DNA from: the human T2T-CHM13v2.0 reference genome, Homo sapiens
Assembly (NCBI RefSeq): GCF_009914755.1
Contig: NC_060944.1
DNA length: 64,000 bases
Direction: 5' to 3' (one strand)
Positions 13,025-28,803 of the stretch are shown one piece after another (position 1 is the stretch's first letter; each line of letters starts with the position of its first letter). The notes below the pieces were generated by a model. That model was not told where the DNA came from, did not search any database, and worked only from the letters and a program-made list of their open reading frames with translations. Position numbers and translations under genes: made by a program.

Positions 13025-13225
13025 TGGAGTGGAGGTCAAGGGTATGAAATTTGGGATCAAATAGACCTGAGCTTGAGGCCCAACATGGCTCATACTTGTC
13101 CTATGAGCTTGTTTATTTTGAAGATTAAAAGAGAGAATTTGCTTAAAGCATGCAATACAATGCTTACCAAATAGCACACATTCAGTAAGTGCACTTATTA
13201 TTAGAGTGAATAATAATGGTAATAA
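13025..13225 (+). mobile_element. MIR, internally deleted
   Basis: 'aatagacctgagcttgaggccc...gaagattaaaagagagaatttgcttaaagcatgcaatacaatgctta'. Confidence 0.6.
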
Positions 13226-14264
13226 AAATATTAAGGATGATGAAGTCACTTTGTTTCTGAGAGTGTATCTGATTTGTAGACTATCCGTTTGATAGCTCTT
13301 CCTTCCTTAGGAAAGTTAGTTAAGTCATGATTCAGTTCCTTCCTAATGAAAGTTAGTTCAGTACAACCTGAAGCATGTAAAATTTCCACGCAGAGTGTTG
13401 GTGTGCCTGTTCCAATGATGTCGCCACTGCATGCAACATTCATATAATGACCTCAAGTGACAAAAAAAATCCATTATTTTTTTCTTCCAGAGAATGAAGG
13501 GAACACTAGGTCATTGTTACATGGCAACAGCTACTTCTCAAACACCTTGTTCAGGAAATACCTTGTTCCAAATACATGCTGCAAGGCTGAGAAGGACTCT
13601 TGCAACTGGGCACAGGGGTACAAACACCACCTCATTTCCCAAGGACAGCTCCGCTCTTCAATGAGGCCATTCATCCTGGCCCTACACAATTACTGTCGCT
13701 TACACAAACAGTTATGGAGCATTCAAATGACAAATGCTAGGCAGCCATCCAAGTCACATTTCTGAAAAATATTTTTATTACAGGAAAATGCTCATGATGT
13801 AGCATTAAAAAGGGGGAGGAAAGCAGGAAACCAATCAAAAGCAGCAGAGAAAATAACTAGTATAGATCCCTGAGTTAAACTCAGCCTCCTTTCTCTCACC
13901 TCCAGGCTGGCCTCAGGAAAATACCAGACAGAAATCAAAAGGAGACAAAGATCTAACTAACTTCATATGCATCAACAGGCAATACTGGTCTTTACTGTGA
14001 TGGTTCCTTTTGGATACCAAGGCGGGAGTTTTGCTAATCATGGGAAAAGTTCCTAAAATTCCCTTCTCAATAGCCTTCTCCTAAAGTCCAAACCCTCCAG
14101 TAGCTGGCCAAATTTTTGCTCTCCTCTCTCTCTTTTTGCCTCCAAAATATTCTCATTCCTGAGTTTTTTTGTTCATGCTACTATCCATTCTCTGTCTAAC
14201 CTCCTCCATCTTCCTCACCTCTATTTTTTTCTTCTTTTGGTTATCTCTATGTGTAAGTCAGGAC

Positions 14265-14523
14265 ATGAGAAAATGAACATTTGAGCCACAAAGCCTGGGT
14301 TTGAAGCCTGCCTCTGAAATTGCCTAGCTGGATAATCTTGGGTGAATTTCTTAATCTCTCTGTGCCTCAGTTCCAACCTGTATAATGGGGATGATAACAC
14401 TAACACACAGTCTCTTGGGGTGCTTTTCATGATTAAGTAAGTGAGTTTATATGAATTACCTAGAACATTGTTTGGCTTAAGAACTGAATAAATGTTCAGC
14501 ACTATCATCATCATCATCATCAT
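14265..14523 (+). mobile_element. MIR with (ATC)n tail
   Basis: 'gcctgggtttgaagcc...cttaatctctctgtgcctcagttcc...tataatggggatgataa...gaataaatgttcagc'. Confidence 0.85.
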
Positions 14524-14689
14524 GTGGATTAATTGACCTTCCCTCCAGCTTCTTCAAGCTTTTTCTCCACCCATTATAATGGCTTTTCTCCCAAAAAAAA
14601 GGGGAGGAAGGATTTGCAAATAATTCTTACTTAACATATATTTAAACCCTGTCATATTATTCAAAAAAATGCCTGCATGGAAATGAATC

Positions 14690-15128
14690 TGTGTTAAGCA
14701 GAATAATGGTCCCCCAAAGATGTCCATGTCTTATATCAGGAAGCTTTGAATATGTTACCTTACATGGCAAAAGAGTCTTGGCATAGATGGTGAATTTAAG
14801 GATCTACAGTTGGGGAGGTTATCCTGTGGCCCAGTGTAATCACAGGGGTCCTTATAAGTGAAAGAGGGAAGTAGGAGATTCAGACAAGGAAACAGAGATC
14901 TAGTGCTGTCATTGCTGAAAGGGGCCACAAGCCAAGGGATGTGGGCAGCCTCTAGAAGTTGGAAAAGGCCAAGAACAGGTCTTCCCCTGGAGCCTCCAGA
15001 AGGAATGCAACCCTGCTAACACCTTGACTTTAGCCACATAAGACCCATTTTTAGACTTCTTACCTCTAGAAATATAAGATAAATTGCTGTATGGTAATTT
15101 GTTACAGCAGTAATAAGAAATCAGTAAA
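14690..15128 (+). mobile_element. MLT1D-like MaLR solo LTR
   Basis: 'gcagaataatggtcccccaaagatgtccatgtc...gaatatgttaccttacatggcaaaag...ggtaatttgttacagcag'. Confidence 0.9.
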
Positions 15129-15523
15129 GTGTCAAAACTATAGCTAAAAATATTATGTATACAAAGATAGATTTCTGAGAAGTTTTCCTTTTCTTTTTAT
15201 TTGAACTGTCTCTGTCTTCTAAAATAAGAAGGCAAATGCTAGGCTAAGAAATGATAAATTACAGATGCCTGACACATGCCAGGACTGTTGTTATGCTGCT
15301 ATAGAAAGAACCCAAGCATGTGGATTTGGAGTTACTACAAATGCATGGTCATTACCCATCACTGAGCTTAACCATGGTTCCTGGCTGTTACACCAACTCC
15401 ACCATCCACTTAAGCAGATGGATGGTGGAGACTTCTCCATCTGCTTAAGTTCTTTTTACCGATGCATTGCAAACTTTACTGTGTATATAAAGAATGTGGG
15501 GATCTTGTTAAAATGCAGATTCT

Positions 15524-16610
<1,087 letters not shown>

Positions 16611-16899
16611 GCAGATTCTGATTTATAGCTCTGGGCTGGGCAGGCAAGTTAACATTTCTAGCAATTCCTCAGTTGCTGCCGATGTACTGGGTCCCAAAGG
16701 CTCCAGAATATCTTCTCTTCACCTTTTGCACTTGCAGGAGACACATTTGTGTCCAATTTTGCTAAGAAAATCAAGGACTTGGGTAAGGAAATCCCTTGAA
16801 TGTCTTTTCCCTACCCCCTATGAATATAAATCCACTTGTGCAACAATTTGAATATATGCAAGAAAAAATACTTCAAAAGGTACTTCTGCTTTAATTGTA

Positions 16900-17530
16900 G
16901 CCTTACCAATGCCACCATTCACCTTTTAATGATGACCTTGGCCTGAGCTTTAAATTGAAGCACGTGTGATTAGCAACCAAAAATTGCATTGGGATTATAG
17001 TACTTTCACTCTAAGTCTTTGAGCAAATTTCTAGGCTTTGCTTAAAACATCCATTTTCAGGCATGATTAGAAGACAATTAAAATAGAGGGGGAACAGAAA
17101 CAATAAAATTAATACTTTTTGACCCATGAGGGATTAGAAATAGTTCAAGACAAAAGCAGAAAGGATATTGGCCACCTCGTGCCCTTGCTTAGTGATATTC
17201 ATCTGCCATTGGACAAACCTGGGTTTCTCTGTAAGATGTAAGGTATCCATATGTAAAAGAATCCCTTGACATTGGTACAAATCCTTCGCAAATCTTCACA
17301 TACTTAAAAAGCACTCTGTGAAGAACAAAGCTTTGTTGAGAAGCTGTTTCTAGGCAGTCTTCAATGCTGTCTCTCTAGTGACAGAATTTGTTTCAATTGG
17401 AGTCCATGTGCAATCCACGCCCATGTCTCAATAAAATAATCAATTAAAATAATTTGGGGTCTTTAGAATAATGGTAATTGAAATGATGGGTGCTGTATAA
17501 ATTCCAAATTCCTTGTGTACTGGCCAAAAC
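16900..17530. promoter_or_regulatory. Candidate conserved non-coding element or enhancer
   Basis: Repeat-free; E-box CACGTG 16961-16966; SOX/TCF-type palindrome aacaaagctttgtt 17324-17337; many TAAT cores. Inference only. Confidence 0.35.
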
Positions 17531-18169
17531 AAAATAAAACGAACAAACAGAAACACTAGAGAAAGCGATGGGTATGGCTATGGTAGCTATAATGTTTTGT
17601 AGATTTTATTAACTGTCTATGCTTTCAATATCTCTAAGATACCATTCAAACATTGAGAAGGGAGCTTTAATTGCTGTCTTTCCATCTGCATTTACTCAAA
17701 ACTTACACCATAAAGAAATGTTCTGTCTCAAGTATCAATATTGCATCAATTGTGTTTCTGTTCCTCTAGCTATTTGCCCCTATGGTGTCATTTCATACAT
17801 TCATAGAAACATGGAGAATTTAGAAATTATGGCCCTTCTCCAGTACAGTTGAGTTTTATCTGTCTATATTACTTGGTGTTTAGCACATTGTAGCTGTTCA
17901 ATAAATGTTTGATTTCTTACAGAATAATAGTTTGACTTTCAAAGATTTTAAAAACAATCTTTTTAATCTGGTGCAAGCTTGGACAGGAAGACTGCTAAGG
18001 CCTAGTTAGCTCAGAGGCAGAACAACTGAACCAACCTTTCTATGTGTGTCAGACACAATTTTGTTTTCCTGTTTGAAAAGGTAAAAACAGAGTCACCTGG
18101 CTAAATGGTTTCCTAAATGTTCCCCCTCCTCTGATCCTCATGACTTTATAAAACAAGCCACCACAAAAC

Positions 18170-18460
18170 TTCTCTAAAGCTAAACTAACGTGAAATAACC
18201 CAGGGCTTGAACTTGTCGCATGACGTTGCTTTAAATTTTAATACGAGCTTGGGAATAGATTTGTGAACAGCAAGGTAAAGCAAAGCCCATGAAATATTGA
18301 TTCTGTACATTTTCTTATGCATTTTTATTCTCCAATTTAGTAAATTTTTCATCTTGCCTGCACTTAAAGGTTGGCTATGAAGTCGTTACTACCAATTGTA
18401 TTAGCTGTTGTAAATAAATAATTGTCGCTAAAGCTGTTTGCATGACGAGAGGTGGACAGG
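18170..18460. promoter_or_regulatory. Candidate conserved non-coding element
   Basis: 7 CpGs in ~270 AT-rich bp; repeated ttgtcgc and gcatgacg; FOX-like tgtaaata. Inference only. Confidence 0.35.
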
Positions 18461-19859
18461 GCCTGCTCCTTGTGAGCACTGACTTTCCACAGCCCAGCCT
18501 AGAAGGATGAAAGAGATGACCACATTTTGCCTAACAGCACAGTAGCAGACACTTTCTAAGGGAAGGAGGGTTTTAAATAAAGCAACAATGAAGAGCTCTA
18601 ATGTTTCAGTAGGGACTAAACCACCATTCTGACAATCATCCATTTTGGTCAAAAAGAAGGCAGAATTTTTTTTTTAATTACAGGACATCAGGATAGAATT
18701 TCATAACATGCATGCTTCTTGGAGATACCCTAATTTCATGGCTCTATGTTAGAGAAATTAAAAGTGCTAGTCTTTCATTACTAGCCCTCATCCTTGTATA
18801 TGCATAAAAAGTCATATTTTATCAGTCACGTGAAAGACAACTCCATTACATAGTTCTCACTGTCCTCATTCTGTAATGTACTCTTCTTCCCTAGAATAAA
18901 CATGTATGCTTCTGTATTCAACATATCTAACAGGAGGTGAGAGCCAAAAGAAAGATGGAAACCAATACAGACAACAAATGGCACATCCCTTGGTAAACAA
19001 TGCATAGAGGATCCAGTGTGGTTCTGCCACTGTGGCAATCATTCTGATTCTTTGTACAGATTTCATACATTAACTCATTACTTCTCTGTTAAGACTGACT
19101 TCAGTTTCTCTAGAATCCTGGTCAAATTGACCAAAGAAAAGACTTCCCCTGAGTTCCAAATTTCTTATTCCATGTGTCCAGAACATAACAGGAAAGGAGA
19201 GAGGATAAAATCAGGCTAATATTTAGCTTTGAAATAGCTAAATATATCTCCTTTTTATTTTATCAGGAATTTTGTCACCCTGTTAGGCAAATAATAGGAT
19301 GCCTCATTTCCAGATTTCCCCATTTTATATTTATTAAAGTTATATATGCTTGCTTATTGTAGAAAGATTTTAAACTGTAAAAACAATGTAGATGAGTTTA
19401 ACTCTGTTTCTGATGTCTCTACTTGCCAAGAAAGAAGCAATATGGGAGGAGAATAAAGACTTCCAATAGGTTGTTACCTGCATTTTTGGCAGGTAAAATT
19501 GGCATACATTTTAAGTGTTTAAATAATTTTAAATCCATCACTAGTATGTTTCTCTGCTTACTTTTAATTCCTGAAACACTTGATTTATATGTTATCTAAG
19601 AAAGAAAAAAAACCTACATAGAGTCCAAGTGGGATTTTCCCCCCTAAGTTTGGTAAGTTTTGTGTTTGTTCAGTAAGTCTGTATACGGGGGTTATGGGAC
19701 AATCTTAAATTTGTTCATTGAAAACCACTGAATATTGTTGACTTGAGCCATATATTTTGCACAAATAAGTCTTCACCTGCAAATACTTGTACCTCAAGAC
19801 AGATATGGCACAAGAAAAAGTATAGCAAGATGTATCAAGTAAATACAACTCCCAGATGC

Positions 19860-21850
19860 TTGGATTAAACATCAGTATGAGCACAGACATCTTTCTCCTC
19901 TTAAACTCTCCACTCCATCCCTAGCCAAATGTCTATTAAAGAATTAACAAAGGTACAGCATAGGCAGAGATGACCTTAGAACAAGGGAATGGACCAATCA
20001 AATTATGGATGGCTTAGAGAAAGTTTTGGTAGATATAGTGCACAAGGCAACAAACAGGAATATAGAAAGAGTTCAACTTAAAACTCTTTCCTCAGAAAAG
20101 GCATTATTACCCTGAAGAAGATACAGGGGCTCAGGCACTTATCTGGAGGGGTAAGAATTGGGTACATGGGTAGGCCATGTGGTAGATGGTGACCTCATAA
20201 TTTGGGCTTCATTTGACCTTCAAGAATCAGCATCATTTGTAACAGCAAGACTTTGAGTGTCCAGGATTAGAAAGGCAGCCACTTGAAGAAGAAAGGGGCA
20301 AAAATGGTGAGGACCTGTACAAAAAGAAAGAACTTAGAGCTTAGCCTGAGGGAAATCATTAAGTCTTCCCAATTTGGGGTAGAATGTGAGGAGAGCTCCT
20401 GTGGTTGATGCCCTGATTCTGTGACCAGCACTAACAAGATCAGAAGCGTCTGAAACCAGAGGCTTTAGGGAGACATAGTATTCAAGTTGCTGTTACATCA
20501 AAGAAAACCCTTTCAGGGTTACAGAGGCATTTCCTCCATGTATCAAGCAAGAGAACCAGGAAGGAGCCTGGGCATAGCCAAAGTTTATATTGGAGTACAG
20601 GTTGTGCCAAATACCAAGTGAATACAAAACATTGAGCTGAGAGCAATAGCTTCACCATGCATGGAAAGAATTGCTGCAGAGATAAATATTCCTGTGAATG
20701 CTACTCAGAGCCCAGACTTCCTCCCAACTCCCCTCTGGCTGCTCAATAACAATGAGAGTGTTGTAAATTTACACCAAAGAAGCCCTCCAGTTTGAGATCT
20801 GAGAAGCCAAGAACAACCAAGGGGAACCAGAAGGGGAAGGAAAGACAATTTACTCAAAATGTTTATGGAAAAACACCAGCTCTGCTTACATATCTCATCA
20901 CTTAAAGATGAACAACTAAAACAACACCAACACCAGCTCTATGAAAAATCTCAAAATATGAAATATTGAGAAAATGCATGCAATATGCAAAAGACATAAT
21001 ACAAAAAAGAGACAATGTCAAGAATGTCTTCTTGTGCCTTTAATACTATTTGAGAAATTAGGGGCTCTGTGAAACCAGTGATGAGAAATGGGATAAAAAT
21101 ATTTAAACAGAAGAGAGATAGGCAAACCATAGGCAGTTTTCAATAGAAAGCTAAACAATATAAGGGAGAGGAATGCAAGGACTGAGTTCAGTACCTATTT
21201 TAGGAACCTTAAAATGAAGAGAGGATACTGCAAGAGTCAAATAAGTGATGTGGAGTACAAATCAATCAGGCTTGCCTGGAGTAGAGAGGAAAAAGTCAGG
21301 TGATGAGAAAGAAGACGCTAGGAATGGGAAACTAGAACTTAGATAGAAGAGACCTAATTTGTCTCTGGAAAAGATCCCAAAAGAAAAGGAAGGAAGCAGA
21401 AATCAGAGATATAACAGAAGAAACTTTCCTGAGTAAAAAAACTGATTCCATGGAAACACCACCATGTGCCATAGAGCATTCATGAATACAAAGGAACACC
21501 TAGATACATATTGTCAATTTCTTTTTAATCTTAAGGAAAAAGAAAGAATATGTCAAACATAAAAGGAAGAGGGGGTTGCTAAACAGGAAGAATGGGACAT
21601 CCATCTAACTCAAGACTCCTTTTATACCACAAGAGATGTTAGGAAAAAATGAAGCAATGTCTATGGAACTGAGAGTAAGAAGCTGGAATCTAGGAATTCT
21701 AAACTCAGGCCAGATTCTGTTCATATATAAAAACAAGAATAAAAACAAAGAGAAGTAAGAGAGAGAGAGAGAGGTCTTTTTCAGATATGTAAGGGCTCCA
21801 AAACCCAAGCAAGTCTTATATTTTCTTAAAAGTTGTAGCAAGTTTGCTTT
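19860..21850 (+). mobile_element. HAL1 or ancient L1M 5' UTR/ORF1 remnant
   Basis: A-rich strand with ORF1-like motifs 'gagatataacagaagaaactttcctgag', 'cacctagatacatattgt', 'aatctaggaattctaaactcaggccag'; the 5' boundary is uncertain. Confidence 0.55.
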
Positions 21851-21969
21851 ATACAGGAATTGGTTTTGGTGGATGATGAGAGACAGGAATTCAGAATTCT
21901 TTTTTCTCATTTGGATAACCACACTATTGCTGACTTGGTCCCATTTATGACATTTTCCATCCTTTTCAC

Positions 21970-22930
21970 AATGATTTAATAATTTTTAATGCCCCTTATG
22001 CTATATACAAAGTTCCCTTATATGTATGAGACTACAGTTATGCTATCCATTTTGTTTCATTAATCAATTCATTCATCACTGTACTAAGACTACATTAAAT
22101 ATTAATAAAGCATTAGAATAAATTCTGATATTTGATAAACCTAGGCATCCTTCATTTTTTTCTTTTCAATTTCAGTATTTTATTTTTGTTGGTCAATAAG
22201 AAAGGATGTTTTAGCCTGCTATTTGTAAAACTTCTGCAAATTTTTTTTTAATTTTTAATTTTTATGGGTACATGCTAGGTGTATGTATTTATGGGGTATA
22301 TGGGATAGATATTTTGATACAGGCATACACTTTATAATAATCACATAAGAGTAAATAGGATATCCATTCTTTTTCTTCCAAATTGTCGTGGCAATTTAAG
22401 AATTGATTTATCAAGACTCATAAAAACTAAGTTTTTGGCTTTTGATTGGAATTAACAATTAAGGTGGAGATGTTTTCATGATATTGAGTACTCCTGGGAC
22501 ATATTCCATTTGTTCAGTTTTTTTTTTATGTTCTAATAACTGTTTATAATTTTCTCCATGAATATTTTCCACATCTTTGTTAGGTTCCTACTAGATATCT
22601 AATTGTTGGTTGTAATTGTAAATGCTGTAGTTTTTCTAACTTATTTTCTATTTGATTTTGCTGATATACAAGAGGAGTATTGAATTTTTGGTTTGTATTA
22701 AACAGATTTGGTGAATTATTTTAGTGATAAATGTGGTTTATGGATTTTTATGAATTTTCTATATGTGCAACTATATTACCTACAAATAATGACACTTTTG
22801 ACTCTTGGTTTCCATTTTTCCACCTCTCTTGTTTTCATGCTTTGTTGCATTGGTTATGGCCTCCAGTGGAATTTTGAAGGGTGGGGTGATTTCTGCACTG
22901 ACTTTGTGATTTCTGTTTAACATGTTTCTT
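21970..22930 (-). mobile_element. Ancient L1ME ORF2 fragment
   Basis: T-rich L1 antisense motifs 'ttttgattggaatt', 'catattccatttgttcag', 'gctttgttgcattggttatggcctccag'. Confidence 0.6.
22241..22368 (-). mobile_element. Short L1MA2/3-type 3' end
   Basis: 'tttttaatttttatgggtacatgctaggtgtatgtatttatggggtata...attttgatacaggcata...aataatcacat'. Confidence 0.8.
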
Positions 22931-23019
22931 TCTTGGATCCTCGAATTTAGATTTAAGGCCTGGACAAGTTGTCTTTTTTCCCCTAAGTCTCTAACTTCCT
23001 GAGCTCCAGAGTTTTCTTA

Positions 23020-23160
23020 TGAAAAGAGAGAGAAAAGAAAAAAGAAGAAAGGAAGCAGGAGAAGGAGAAGAAGAAGAAAGGGAAGAGGAAAGGGGAAGGG
23101 GGAAGGAGAATAGGTGACAAAGAAGGGGAGGAGGGGCCAGGGGATGGGAGGGAGAGGGGG
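23020..23160 (+). repeat. Polypurine (GA-rich) low-complexity tract ending in a G4 motif
   Basis: Nearly pure A/G; six G-runs of at least 3 nt in 23125-23160. Confidence 0.85.
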
Positions 23161-23180
23161 AAGATTCTAACCAATGTTCT

Positions 23181-25596
<2,416 letters not shown>

Positions 25597-26062
25597 ACCA
25601 ATGTTCTGATACCACTTCTTCTGTTTTCTTCCAACCCATTCTTCTCAAAGCAGCCAGCAAAGAAAAATAAAAAAAAATGTAAATTAGATTATGTCACTTC
25701 TTTTTGCAATGTCCAACAATGCTAAAAGACACACGCGCGCGCACACATACACACACACACACCACACACACACCCCAGAATGCCTATAAAGATCTGCTCC
25801 TGCCTACCTGCCCAGTCTCATCCCAAGCCACAGTTTCCTTTGGTCTCTGTATTCCAGGCACCCTGCTTCCTTCCCATTCTCAAATGTGCCAAGCTCTTTC
25901 TCACCTTATTGCTTTCATGGGCATTATTCACGCTGTCTGGAGCCTACTGCCCTCCACTGTTCCCCTTACTAGCTTCACTTCCTTCAAGTTTTATATACAA
26001 TGTCATTTACCTAGTTTAAATTAGGTCACCCTGTAACATTCCAGTGTTTTAGAACAAACATC

Positions 26063-26434
26063 TGTTTTTCAACTGAAGCAAATTCCCATAGCCAAAACCT
26101 TTTAAAGTGAGCAATTCAGCAGCATTTGGTACATTCACAATATTATGCAACAATCACCTCTGTCTACTCCCAAAACATTTTCATCACCCCAGAAGGAAAC
26201 ATTGCACCCACTAAGCAGTTACTCCCCACTGCTCACTCCCCTCAGCCCAGAGCGATCACCACTCTGTGTCTAGTCTCTGTGGATTTACTTATTCTAGATA
26301 TTCATATAAATGGAATTCTATAATGTGACCTTTTATGTCAGGCTTCTTTTGCCTAGCATTATGTCTTTGAGGTTCATCCATGATGTAGTAACGTATAAGT
26401 ACTTCAGTCCTTTACGAGGCTGAATAGTATTTCC

Positions 26435-26483
<49 letters not shown>

Positions 26484-26720
26484 TATATATATATATACAT
26501 ATATATGTGTATATATGTGTGTATATATATATGTATATATATATATACATATATATGTGTATATATGTGTGTATATATATATACATAACTCATTTTGTTT
26601 ATCCATTCATCAACTGATGGACACTTGGATTGTTTCTGCCTTTTGGCCATTGTGAATAGTGCAGCTATAAACATTCATGTACAAATACCTTTTTGAGTCC
26701 CTGTTTTCAAGGCTTTTGGG
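26063..26720 (-). mobile_element. L1MB (MB4-like) 3' end
   Basis: 'gcatttggtacattcacaatattatgcaacaatcacctctgtctactcccaaaacattttcatcacccc...tgtgaatagtgcagctataaacattc'. Confidence 0.9.
26436..26586. repeat. (GT)n/(TA)n compound microsatellite
   Basis: Visible runs; includes a 50-bp higher-order duplication. Confidence 0.95.
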
Positions 26721-28089
26721 ACACCATGCTCTTTTAGGTTGTTGCATGTATCTATGCTTCTAGTGTGGTACCTATGTGTATGATTCTTTGTTTAGTGTCT
26801 GCTTGTCCACACTATTTGCTGAACTCCATAGCTGCAAGGGACACTTGTTTTTTTCACCATTGTAGCATCTGACATGAAGCTGAACCATAGGAGATATTTG
26901 ACAAATATGTGTGAATGAATGAATGAGAAAGCAAGTTGCCCAGATTGACGACCAAGCTAAAGGATGAGACTTGGGGATAAACTTTTGAGGTATCTGGAAT
27001 GAGATAAGGTGAGGTTTTCATGTGGTTCAATAGCAGCCTCTTCCTGTCACTAGAAAGACTTGGTCACTATCTTCAGTGACCAAGCATCATTATATCTGAC
27101 ACATTCCAAACTTTGAAAACCCCACATAGTACAAGTTTAGGGAAAAGAGTTTTAGTCATACTTTGCCTGTTCCACCGAGGCCTTAGTTGGTGATGTCCAC
27201 AGCAAAAACTCAGATTTTTGCTCAGAATTCCAGCTAGGGCTCTCCAGAGACCACAACTCCCAGGGCAGAGCTCATTCTGCATTTCCAAGCTTTTCTTTCT
27301 GGATATCTTCAGCAAGGCAGAACTGGACAAAGGTGAATGACATTCAAGGTTAATCATGCTGGCGTTCGTGATTCCAGTGACTGTATTTGAGTTTGTTTTT
27401 CAATTGTTCTTTTGATGGCTATTCTACTTCTGCGTGCCAACATTCTCAGTTTGTAATGCCAACTGTGCTCTGTAGTGAACAAGAACAAGCCTGCTGCGTA
27501 GTGTGAGGGTGGCAGCAGCTTGAGCATTTTTATCGTCTACTCATTGTCTCTGCTGCTGTGTCTTTCAGTCCTCCTCTGATTCTATCAATGAGTCTCTCTC
27601 CCTCTACCTTTGCTCTGTCTCTGTTTTCTGTCTGTGTTTCACTCTGCTCTGCTTCATGTTTCTCTGCTCTTCTTCCCGTTCTCTCTCTGTCTTCACCTTT
27701 TCTTGTCCTTCTATGCCTCTCCTAGGGGAGGGGATCATGTGCTGCACAAACCATGTGTGTATATTGTTCTGTCTCTTCAGGCTGTTGTTATCCCTGTCAA
27801 TAAACTTCTTCCTGTCTCCAAGTGACTGGTCCTATCTCCTTTACAATCAGGGGAGACCGGAACTGGCTGCAATGAATGTGAGGAAGTCTTTATAATTAAC
27901 AGGATCTCTCTGCCATTTACACAAACACTTTAAACTACATAGGGAGCCAAGCATACCGTTTGCACGTCTGATGAGAAGGTAATAAATGTGGGGGAGTGAG
28001 TGGAAAAGGGGAGGGCAGACTGAGGTTAAGTAACAGGGAGAGGGTGCTGGGAGGCATCAGATTAACACAGGGTGGGGTGGGTATGGGAC

Positions 28090-28600
28090 GTTTGTATTTA
28101 GCTAGGCTCCATAATTATGCTCTGACACTTTCTAGGTGCCAGGCACTGAGCTAGGCTTTAGGAATAGAAAGCTCTAGGGGTAGAGACTCCACCTTAGGTG
28201 AATTTAGTTTAAGAAGAGGATGTATTAACAAGAAGACACAATGTCTGAGTGCAGTAGAGAAGCAGATGGTGACTTGTGGATGCTCTCAGAAGGAGAGAAG
28301 GAGATGTTAGAGGTGCAGTGATGTTTCAGTGGAGCCTTGAAGGAAGAAAATGATTTGGGTAGAGAGAAGCTGCAGAAGGCAAGACATTCTTGGCTATAGG
28401 AAACATCTGAGCCAATGCTCAGGGTTGGGAAGTCAAAGGTATTTGAGGAAGAATGAGAATGTCCTGGTTTTAACAGATTGGGGTTGGGAGAATGGGGAGA
28501 GAAATGGATAGGCAGGGGCTGTGATGTCAGAAGCACCAAGTGTCCCATAGGATTCTGGGCCATTACTCCGTGGGGAGCTAGACAATGTCATGAAACTCTA
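28090..28600 (-). mobile_element. L2 fragment
   Basis: 'taggtgccaggcactgagctaggctttaggaatagaaa...ggagccttgaaggaagaaaatgatttgggtag'. Confidence 0.6.
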
Positions 28601-28603
28601 TGA

Positions 28604-28803
28604 CAGCAGTGTCCAATAGAACCTCCTGCATGGCAGAAATGCTTCTAACATGGTAAGCTGCACAGGGATATCAAGAATTGAGTCCTTGAAACGTGGCTGA
28701 TATGACAGGGGAGCTGAATTTTTATTTTTTTTAAATTCTAATTTATTGAAATATAAATGTAAATGGCCCAGATGGCTGATAGCTGCTATGTAAGACAACA
28801 CAC
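28604..28803. mobile_element. MER3 hAT-Charlie MITE
   Basis: 'tgtccaatagaacct...cttgaaacgtggct...gctgaatttttattttt...taaatggcccagatggctgatagctgc'. Confidence 0.8.

Larger units (their letters stand above)
25597..26930 (+). mobile_element. L2a 3' region (host of the L1PA and L1MB insertions)
   Basis: 'ccattcttctcaaagcagccag...aaaatgtaaattagattatgtcactt' through '...gtgaatgaatgaatgag' tail. Confidence 0.75.

Noticed and set aside
26333-26674. Overlapping HT/YI/CV-repeat ORFs (also at 36.1, 39.7 and 56.9 kb)
   Set aside because: Stop-free microsatellite read-through
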